DNA of 63,413 bases, the filler included, from Octopus bimaculoides (lineage: Eukaryota), in assembly GCF_001194135.2 (NCBI RefSeq). It is 5 parts of 5 records of this genome, joined end to end, with 100 filler letters (N's around TTAATTAATTAA, not from the genome) between each part and the next. Parts side by side here need not be neighbours in the genome. Positions count along the whole stretch, not along the records: positions 37,872 to 58,598 come from NC_068997.1; positions 58,699 to 60,812 come from NC_068993.1; positions 60,913 to 63,413 come from NC_068991.1; 2 more parts are not named here. One strand, written 5' to 3'. The notes beneath the pieces were generated by a model that saw only the letters and a list, made by a program, of their open reading frames with translations, made no database searches and had not been told where the DNA came from. The position numbers were made by a program, and so were the translations under genes. Below are positions 54,612 through 63,413 of this stretch, one piece after another. Within the stretch, counting starts at the first letter, position 1, and each line of letters opens with the position of its first letter.

Positions 54612-55229
54612 TTATGTATCTCCGAATGGATCGTTGACGAATCGGCTCCAAGTAAGTTGGCTTTATTTGTAGAGATAAAACTGTTTGTTGTTAATTTGTT
54701 TTTGTCAAAGAGTTATTTAACATCTTCTCCTTCAACCTAAGNNNNNNNNNNNNNNNNNNNNNNNNNNNNNNNNNNNNNNNNNNNNNNNNNNNNNNNNNNN
54801 NNNNNNNNNNNNNNNNNNNNNNNNNNNNNNNNNNNNNNNNNNNNNNNNNNNNNNNNNNNNNNNNNNNNNNNNNNNNNNNNNNNNNNNNNNNNNNNNNNNN
54901 NNNNNNNNNNNNNNNNNNNNNNNNNNNNNNNNNNNNNNNNNNNNNNNNNNNNNNNNNNNNNNNNNNNNNNNNNNNNNNNNNNNNNNNNNNNNNNNNNNNN
55001 NNNNNNNNNNNNNNNNNNNNNNNNNNNNNNNNNNNNNNNNNNNNNNNNNNNNNNNNNNNNNNNNNNNNNNNNNNNNNNNNNNNNNNNNNNNNNNNNNNNN
55101 NNNNNNNNNNNNNNNNNNNNNNNNNNNNNNNNNNNNNNNNNNNNNNNNNNNNNNNNNNNNNNNNNNNNNNNNNNNNNNNNNNNNNNNNNNNNNNNNNNNN
55201 NNNNNNNNNNNNNNNNNNNNNNNNNNNNN

Positions 55230-56026
55230 AGGAAAACCTGACACCCCTGTTCAGGACCACTTTTGCGTCGTGAACTATGGACAATCACTATAGAAACCTG
55301 GCCTGGCAGTGCTATCGGAAGCTCTACAGACACGGTTCGAGATACACTGCACCGACTTGCCTGAGACGCAGTCAGTGAGACGAAACCGTTCTGCACGCAC
55401 TCGCGCAATGTCCAGCCATTTCGAACCTGTGGGCATATGCTGAACTGCTGCTGTCACGTGTGGGACGAATTCGGTTGTCAACCGAGTCTATCGTGAATAT
55501 TGCCCCGCCACCTTCTTTTCAGCCGGGAAGGCAAAGCAGTATCCATCGTACTGGTGTCCATAATGAAAGAACGTGTGTGGTCGACTCGAGCGAGAGATTT
55601 AGAGACAAACACTTTACTCTCTGGCCAATCGCTCATCAACCTCTTCAAGTATTACTTCAAAAGGAAGGTGTGAATAGAGAGGCAAGTTTTGTCTCATGAA
55701 AGATCCAATAAAAGGTGGGTGAATGTTGCAAAAATGGTACGCGCGAATGACGAAATCACTTCGTGCAATATCATGTAATTCTAAAATGAGAGTGAGAGCA
55801 CTTTGCTCTCAGGTTTTTCCCTCTCTGTCTGAGGTTACCGTGGTTTTTTCGTACGCTTTTCTCTCCATGAATAGCCCTAATCTGTTTTTTTTTACATTTT
55901 CACTCTGTTCTGTGATATACGATCCCTTTTCATCGGATTTTTATTTACACGATCCGTTTGAGCAGAATTTTTCCCTCTTACATTGTATTTGTCCCCTCTG
56001 TTATCGGCCCTGTGTTGCTAATAAAG
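55230..56026 (+). mobile_element. Tx1/L1-clade non-LTR retrotransposon 3' end (C-terminal CCHC region plus 3'UTR), degenerate
   Basis: Translation after the gap: LFRTTFAS*TMDNHYRNLAWQCYRKLYRHGSRYTAPTCLRRSQ*DETVLHALAQCP, matching the C-x2-C...ET..H....C knuckle of L1/Tx1 ORF2. Stop at 55776-55778, T-rich 3'UTR, AATAAA at 56020-56025, then (ATCT)n. Confidence 0.75.
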
Positions 56027-56027
56027 A

Positions 56028-56087
<60 letters not shown>

Positions 56088-56090
56088 CAT
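56027..56090. repeat. (ATCT)n tract directly after the Tx1-like 3' end
   Basis: Read directly from the sequence. Confidence 0.95.
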
Positions 56091-56815
56091 CTGTTACGTT
56101 TAGAGCTCTATGTATATTTCTCATAATCCAGTCTGTTTTCTATATCGTTGTTTAGTAACTCCTTAACGAGTAGTATACTAATCATGAACTGCAAAGAAAA
56201 TGAGCTGCAAATAACAAGATAGACTAATATACATATCATAATTCCTACGCGCGTTTCACCAATATGGTTGCTCAGAACACTGCAACAAATCTTCTATGTG
56301 CATTTAGGTCTTCACGCTCAGGGAACACTTTGCTGCATTACATTATAAACGATGATGACACAGTTATCTGCAATTAATTAATGCATTAAAGTGTTCCCCT
56401 AATGATCCGTTGTTGTTAAGAATATGAATGCATTGGAAACACCTGGTACTGTGTTCCAGAACGCACGAAAGAGCTTTNNNNNNNNNNNNNNNNNNNNNNN
56501 NNNNNNNNNNNNNNNNNNNNNNNNNNNNNNNNNNNNNNNNTACATTATAAACGATGATGACACAGTTATCTGCAATTAATTAATGCATTAAAATGTTCCC
56601 CTAATGATCCGTTGTTGTTAAGAATACGAATGCATTGGAAACACCTGGTACTGTGTTCCAGAACGCACGAAAGAGCTTTAATATACACTTGTATTTATCT
56701 TTATTTCTTCGATATCGTGTGTGGACACACGCACACACAGATACATATACATATAGGAAAATATATGTGTGTGTGTGTGTATACATACATATATGGATAC
56801 ACACACACACGCACA

Positions 56816-56869
<54 letters not shown>

Positions 56870-57275
56870 CATACAATGTGTGTATGTGACTATACGTATA
56901 TGTAGGTATGTGTGTGTACTTTACGTGATATACAACTAATGAACGGACAAAACACAGTCTGTTCAAATATTCTCTCGACAATTCACAACAGACAAAAAAG
57001 AATGATAATAATAATTTGGGAGAAGAAATGTAGCTGATTTTCCCCAAGAGAATTATTAAAGTTAGGTGACGTATCTATAATCATAAAACTAAATTTGACC
57101 GTTGCTCTCGGGTTTAAGATATAATCAATAAATACATTATATATTATTTGACATATGCCTAGTTCTTTAATGATAGTCTAACGCTATCTCTCTATCTATA
57201 TATCCACCTACAAACTTGAATACATGTACTAATGCAGACACGCACACATGCATATATTCATTTATATACATGGAC

Positions 57276-57326
<51 letters not shown>

Positions 57327-57519
57327 TGTGTGTGTGTGAGTGTGTGTGTGTGTGTATGTGTGTGTGTGTGTGTGTGTGCCTAGGTATTTGTGTATAGGGT
57401 TAGTGTATGCGTGTGAGGCTACAAGGTATCAGGCCAATCAGAATATAACATTCTGAATGAGAATTTAACATTTAATCTATGACCATTTGACAGCGTTTCT
57501 CGTAGCTACTAACTAGATA

Positions 57520-58512
57520 GGGGTCACTCTACCCAAAAAGTGACGCAGACAGACTGTATGTAGCAAGAAAAAGAGGGGGAAGGCGACTTGTTGGATCTGA
57601 ACACAGCGTTAGAGCAGAAGAAAACAACTTAGCATGGTATGTAACAAATTCTACAGAACCGCTATTATTAGAAGTAAGAAGGTCAGGCGTGTGTAAGATG
57701 AAAGATTGCAAAGATAAAAAACTATACAAGAAATTGAAAATGAATGAAACTGAAAATCGGTGGGTAGAGAAAAGAATGCATAGTCATTTTCATAGGGATG
57801 TTGCAGATAAGACAGACAGAGAAACAAGATGGCTGTGGATCGCTAAAAGTGATTTAAAACCGGAAACGGAGGCTCTAATCTGGGCTACCCAAGAGCAAGC
57901 ACTAGGAACAAAGTACATAAAATACAGAATAGACAGCACATCAGAAAGTGATAAGTGCAGAAACTGTGGACAAAACAGTCAATGTACGTCATTAGCCCAG
58001 AAGGAATATAAGTGACGTCACGACAATATAGCCAGGCTTGTGCATTGAACACTCTGCAACATCGTCGAAAATAGAAATACAAAGATCCTATGGGATTTTA
58101 TGATTCAGTGCGACCATAGAGAATAGGAAGTTAGACATAGTCTTAATTGAGAAAGAAAACAAACTATGCTGGATCATAGACATAGTATGCCCAGCTGACC
58201 AGGTATGCGATAAGGAAGAAATAAAATTTGAGAGATATGACAGGTTAGCTTGGGAAGTTAAGCAGTTGCGGTCGATGAAAATGTTGTACCAGTAATTGTC
58301 GGAGCCTTGGGAACAGTGAGCAAAAATCTCGAGAAGTACGAGGAACAAATAGGGGCTGCAATAAGGGCGGAGCACTTGCAGAACACAGCACCGCAGGGAA
58401 CCGCTTGAATACTCCGGAAGGTGCTCGAAAAATAAGAGTCGTTACCTTAGTTCACTGGTAGTGAACGGCTGACACTATAGTAAATCTCCAGCATTAGAAG
58501 CTGTGCAAAGAC
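57520..58512 (+). mobile_element. R4/Dong-clade LINE 3' fragment (copy A2, same subfamily as A1) with (AAT)n tail
   Basis: LYPKSDADRLYVARKRGG...ETEALIWATQEQAL...RHDNIARLVH...ILWDFMIQCDH...RKLDIVLIEKENKLCWIIDIVCPAD. Same 3' terminus AGAAGCTGTGCAAAGAC as A1, followed by (AAT)n at 58513-58598. Confidence 0.9.
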
Positions 58513-58545
58513 AATAATAATAATAATGATAATAATAATAATAAT

Positions 58546-58598
<53 letters not shown>

Positions 58599-59086
58599 NN
58601 NNNNNNNNNNNNNNNNNNNNNNNNNNNNNNNNNNNNNNNNNNTTAATTAATTAANNNNNNNNNNNNNNNNNNNNNNNNNNNNNNNNNNNNNNNNNNNNCA
58701 TTGATTAAAACAAATGAGTAGATTTGGTAGGTTTAGCAGATTCGGTGAGACAGCCTTGTTCACTATACATCTTTGTGGAAGAAGTTGTTGAATGTAATAC
58801 TTTTTTCAAAGATCTGAATATTCATAAATTTTGATTCGATTTATTAATTTCCGTCTCAATTCTATCACTGCATCTGTGTGTGTGTAAAAAAAGAACACAA
58901 AAGTGGAGTTTAAAATGTTTTGGTAGCATTTTATTGATGCATTTTTAAATTACATCAGGTAAAATTTTAAACACGTGTAACCAGGCAAGTTGGAAACTAA
59001 AAGATGACCTATTAATCAACTAACTATATCCAATGTTGTGATTTGCTAGAGTATTACCCACATCATCGAAAACACCTGGCCAGATT

Positions 59087-60382
59087 TCACATTGATGTTT
59101 TCTCTCGTGTATGAATGCGCTTGTGTTTAGTTAAGTTTTCATTCTGAGAGAATGATTTACCGCAAATATCACAACGATATGGCTTCTCTCCTGTGTGAAT
59201 GCGAATGTGCACAGCTAAGTGGTCGTTCCGAGAGAATGATTTACCACAAATATCACAGCAATATGGCTTCTCTCCTGTGTGAATGCGACAGTGTTTAGCT
59301 AAGCTATCATTGTGAGAGAATGATTTACCACAGATATCACAGTGATATGGCTTCTCTCCTGTATGAATACGACTATGCATGGCTAAGTTATCTTTCTGAG
59401 AGAACGATTTACTACATACATCACAGTGATATGGTTTCTCTCCTGAATGAACGTGACTGTGCACAGCTAAGTGACCATTCTGAGAGAATGATTTTCCACA
59501 GATATCACAGCAATATGGCTTCTCTCCTGTATGAATGTGATTGTGTTTAGCTAAGTTATCATTCTGAGAGAATGATTTACCACAGATGTCACAGCGATAT
59601 GGCTTCTCCCCTGTATGAATGCGATTGTGTTTAGCTAAGTGTTCATTCTGAGAGAATGATTTACCACAGATATCACACTGAAATGGTTTTTCTCCTGTAT
59701 GAATACGACTGTGCATAGCTAAGTTATCATTCTGAGAGAACGATTTACCACATATATCACAGTGATACGGTTTCTCTCCTGTATGAATGCGACTGTGCAC
59801 AGCTAAGTGACCATTCTGAGAGAATGATTTACCACATATATCACAGCAATATGGTTTCTCTCCTGTATGAATGTGCTTGTGTTTAGCCAAGCTATAATTG
59901 TGAGAAAATGATTCACCACAGATATCACAGCGATATGGCCTCTCCCCTGTATGAATGCGATTGTGTTTAGCTAAGCTGGTATGACAAGAGAATGATTTAC
60001 CACAGATATCACACGGAAATGGTTTTTCTCCTGTATGAATGCGCTTGTGTTTTGTTAGGTGATAACTGACATAGAATGATGTACCACAGATATCACACTG
60101 ATGTTGTTTCTCACTTGTGTGAATAAGTTTGTGATCAATTAACTTTTGTTTCCGAGAGAATGACTTACCACAGGTATCACAGTGATATGGTTTTTCCCCT
60201 GTATGAATACGTTTGTGGTCAATCAAGTGCACATTCCTACGAAATGTTTTACCACAGATATCACAGTGATGTGGCTTTTCTCCTGTATGAATATGTTTGT
60301 GAGTTGTGAGGCTATATTTTTGAGAAAACGATTTTTGACAAATATCACATTGGTATGGGGATTTTCCTAACTCTTTCGGCAT
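59087..60382 (-). CDS. Tandem C2H2 zinc-finger protein, 15 fingers, no recognisable effector domain, single ORF
   Basis: Uninterrupted 431-aa ORF: 9-aa leader, then 15 C-X2-C-X12-H-X3-H units mostly joined by TGEKP linkers (9+14x28+23+7=431). In-frame TAA four codons upstream of the ATG. No KRAB/SCAN/BTB visible; upstream exons cannot be excluded. Confidence 0.95.
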   Translation of the reverse strand: MPKELGKSPYQCDICQKSFSQKYSLTTHKHIHTGEKPHHCDICGKTFRRNVHLIDHKRIHTGEKPYHCDTCGKSFSRKQKLIDHKLIHTSEKQHQCDICGTSFYVSYHLTKHKRIHTGEKPFPCDICGKSFSCHTSLAKHNRIHTGERPYRCDICGESFSHNYSLAKHKHIHTGEKPYCCDICGKSFSQNGHLAVHSRIHTGEKPYHCDICGKSFSQNDNLAMHSRIHTGEKPFQCDICGKSFSQNEHLAKHNRIHTGEKPYRCDICGKSFSQNDNLAKHNHIHTGEKPYCCDICGKSFSQNGHLAVHSHVHSGEKPYHCDVCSKSFSQKDNLAMHSRIHTGEKPYHCDICGKSFSHNDSLAKHCRIHTGEKPYCCDICGKSFSRNDHLAVHIRIHTGEKPYRCDICGKSFSQNENLTKHKRIHTREKTSM

Positions 60383-60656
60383 CTTAACCTTTTAGTATTC
60401 AGATTACTGTGTAATTTGTAATTCTTTTCCATTCACATTGTTTTGAATTAATTACATATTACTTCATAGGTTTGAAACTTCAACGATGTGATTGTTTTTA
60501 GAGTGACATTGCAGGGTAGGTATGAGAGGTCAAATCTGGTTGGTTTGATTATAAAATAGTCAGAATATATGGGTCGGGTATGGCTGGTTCAAACACTAAA
60601 GTGTTCAGATAAAGAAAATCAACTCTCAAACTTTATCATATAATTAAGCACCCACT

Positions 60657-60812
60657 ACACTCTCTGAGTGGTTGGCGTTAGGAAGGGCATCCAGCTGTAG
60701 AAACTCTGCCAAATCAGACTGGAGCCTGGTGTTGCCATCCGGTTTCACCAGTCCTCAGTCAAATCGTCCAACCCATGCTAGCATGGAAAGCGGACGTTAA
60801 ACGATGATGATG
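60657..60812 (+). mobile_element. SINE/LINE 3' tail ending in (GAT)n
   Basis: TTGGCGTTAGGAAGGGCATCCAGCTGTAGAAA...CCAACCCATGCTAGCATGGAAAGCGGACGTTAAACGATGATGATG. A related stub CCAATCCATGCCAGCATGGAA occurs near 63225-63245. Confidence 0.7.
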
Positions 60813-60912
60813 NNNNNNNNNNNNNNNNNNNNNNNNNNNNNNNNNNNNNNNNNNNNTTAATTAATTAANNNNNNNNNNNNNNNNNNNNNNNNNNNNNNNN
60901 NNNNNNNNNNNN

Positions 60913-60949
<37 letters not shown>

Positions 60950-61349
60950 ATCCAAGAAAGTTAGAGGTTGTGAATCCAACCAACTAAGGGATAATATCTA
61001 TCCATTATACTGCTGGTAGAATACCCACTTATTAATACACAAGTGCTTTTTTCATTACATGGCAATTACATTACGAAGTGTAATAAATGGGTGAGGGTAA
61101 AGAGTTATTTTAACATTAATTTATAGAGCAATATGTAAATGGAGGGGATCATTAGGTGGTATTGATCAACTTATAGACATTATATTATGTCAATCTATTC
61201 ATTATTTGTTTATCTATTTATTTATTTATTTATCTGTTTATTTATTGTTATACTTGTCCTTTTAGTAAATAAATAAATTGACATTATATAATGTATATAA
61301 GTTGATGAATACCACCTCTTGATCCCCTCCATTTTGTTATTTCTCCCTT

Positions 61350-61391
<42 letters not shown>

Positions 61392-61415
61392 CCCCTCTCT
61401 CTCTCTCTTTCTCCT

Positions 61416-61535
61416 CGTAACTTAGCGGTTCGGCTAAAGAGACCGATAGAATAAGTACTAGGCTTACAAAGAATAAGTCCTGGGGTCGATTAGCTGGACT
61501 AAAAGGCGGTGCTCCAGCATGGCCACAGTCAAATG
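61416..61535 (+). mobile_element. SINE family 1, 3' tail
   Basis: CGTAACTTAGCGGTTCGGC...CCGATAGAATAAGTACTAGGCTTACAAAG...GCTCCAGCATGGCCACAGTCAAATG matches the tail of 23930-24295. Confidence 0.8.
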
Positions 61536-61945
61536 NNNNNNNNNNNNNNNNNNNNNNNNNNNNNNNNNNNNNNNNNNNNNNNNNNNNNNNNNNNNNNNNN
61601 NNNNNNNNNNNNNNNNNNNNNNNNNNNNNNNNNNNNNNNNNNNNNNNNNNNNNNNNNNNNNNNNNNNNNNNNNNNNNNNNNNNNNNNNNNNNNNNNNNNN
61701 NNNNNNNNNNNNNNNNNNNNNNNNNNNNNNNNNNNNNNNNNNNNNNNNNNNNNNNNNNNNNNNNNNNNNNNNNNNNNNNNNNNNNNNNNNNNNNNNNNNN
61801 NNNNNNNNNNNNNNNNNNNNNNNNNNNNNNNNNNNNNNNNNNNNNNNNNNNNNNNNNNNNNNNNNNNNNNNNNNNNNNNNNNNNNNNNNNNNNNNNNNNN
61901 NNNNNNNNNNNNNNNNNNNNNNNNNNNNNNNNNNNNNNNNNNNNN

Positions 61946-61988
<43 letters not shown>

Positions 61989-62611
61989 ATATAGTTATAT
62001 ATATATATATTTATGTATGTGTTTGTATGTAAGCACATGAATATACACACACATACTTTCACAAACGTCATAAAGTACTCTTCTCCCTTTAGAACAAATC
62101 TTTATGAAAGACGTTCTTTGTGTTCTCTTGTAGAGCAGCGACATAAATCTTTTGTGCTCCGAACTGTAGACAAACACGAGAGCTTACCAATAAACAGTTA
62201 GCTGATTCTGCATGAGGCGTTTGATCAGTGATTGAAATTGAAGAACAAGTTGTTGTACATGTTTGAAATATCTTTGACTGACATTAGCGAATCGATTTCA
62301 TCTGTTACCAAACTAAAGGCTATCCCGACATTGAACACAACTATCACTATATCACGTAGATGGCGCCGTGAAAAAGCAATACTCGCCTAAATCAATAAGA
62401 GGGTTAAGATGATCAATTAGCTAATCATTGTACATGGGTGATGAATTGCTCTACAAGTTTGTAAAAACTGTTTTAGAACCCCAACAGAACATCAGACTAT
62501 CCATTCCAGATAGTCAACTACCCTGAAGCTACCTAGTCTAACATACCCAAGATATGACACCCAAACTCTTCTTCTTAGGAACTTGAATGCTCCACATTTG
62601 TGCCATGGTAC

Positions 62612-62911
62612 CCGGCTGGTAGTTAAATAACTTAACTGTTCCTGTTTATCCGATCAAGAGAACAGTCTGTACGTGAAATTAACGTGCAAGTGGCTGAGTA
62701 CACCATAGACACGCGTAATCTTAACTTAGTTCTCAGGGAGATTTAGTGTGACACAAAATGTGACAAGGCTGTACAACTCATTTTTGCCAGCTGAATGGAG
62801 TGGAGCAACGTGAAATGAAGTGTCTTGTTCAAGGACACAATTCACTGCCAGGTTTCGAACGCATGACCTTACAATCGTGGACCGAATACCCAAACCACTA
62901 AGCCACGCGCC
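62612..62911 (-). mobile_element. tRNA-derived SINE family 2
   Basis: Minus strand GGCGCGTGGCTTAGTGG (A box), GTTCGAAACC (B box), GTGTCCTTGAACAAGACACT central motif and a long unique tail. 3' boundary approximate. Confidence 0.75.
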
Positions 62912-63101
62912 TTTAGGGTAGTTTAATAAATGATGTTACATGTTATTGAAGCTACAAAATTGACAGGCTGTGCTAATGGTGAGTCACAAGATTTTCGAAA
63001 ACATTCCCCTGAAATTTTCCATTTGAAATTAAAAACTGCTGCCCTCTATCAGTAAATGCATTCTCATATCAATCGACTAATCTCAGAAGCAAATATTAAA
63101 T

Positions 63102-63130
63102 ACTAGCAGAAATACCCGGCGTTGCCCGGG
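63102..63130 (+). mobile_element. Helitron/Helentron-like terminal motif
   Basis: ACTAGCAGAAATACCCGGCGTTGCCCGGG, containing a CCCGG/CCGGG hairpin; resembles ACTAG...CCCG...CCCG termini of non-autonomous Helitron-type elements. Confidence 0.5.
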
Positions 63131-63413
63131 TTAAAGAGAATAATGAAATCTAAAAACGCCGTCTAGACTACGCAACCCTCAACTGTTAGTAGCTACGATA
63201 CCATATTTCTACATTAATAACTCTCCAATCCATGCCAGCATGGAACATAGACATTAAGTGGAATGCTAGAAGAAAGTTTTCAACTCATATGTATATAAAG
63301 TAAATACACGTAATTCAGAAACACGTTTTGTGTATTTTATTTCATAACCAAACAAACAGGTACAGATTATAAATAATGAAAGGCCAATTTTGGTGATTCA
63401 TTTGACAGAGGTA

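Noticed and set aside
54611-54741. Possible 5' part of the Tx1-like element before the gap
   Set aside because: No frame resembles Tx1 ORF2, so flanking of the element by (ATCT)n on both sides is unproven.
59087-60382. Regular 84-bp periodicity resembling a repeat-spacer array
   Set aside because: It is the 28-aa C2H2 finger repeat in an open frame, not a CRISPR array.
57520-60382. Functional linkage implied by the R4 copy lying next to the ZNF gene
   Set aside because: They are separated by an artificial scaffold linker, so adjacency is not evidence.

Overview
AT-rich, microsatellite-dense animal genomic scaffold with many N gaps. The style of C2H2 gene, the SINE families and the repeat density suggest an Octopus-type coleoid cephalopod genome (inference, not verified). 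Only one intact protein-coding ORF is supported: a 431-aa array of 15 C2H2 zinc fingers (59087-60382, minus). The other identifiable content is decayed mobile DNA: three R4/Dong-clade RLE-type LINE fragments next to (TAA)/(TAC) tracts, a Tx1/L1-clade 3' end with an (ATCT)n tail, an RTE-type 3' fragment, three Tc1/mariner relics, several SINE families, a Helitron-like end and several foldback/MITE-like hairpins. Nearly all other ORFs in the track are microsatellite or gap artefacts. Best leads: (1) a tRNA-headed SINE whose tail carries a Penelope-type hammerhead core and whose 5' end is a perfect 17-bp fold-back; (2) a near-complete minimal type I hammerhead at 31283-31320 (minus); (3) a head-to-tail pair of two R4 subfamilies inside a trinucleotide microsatellite, sharing a covarying 3'UTR stem-loop; (4) an AG|GTAAGT recursive-splice-type site with a downstream donor. 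All family assignments come from by-eye translation and motif recall; no searches were run.
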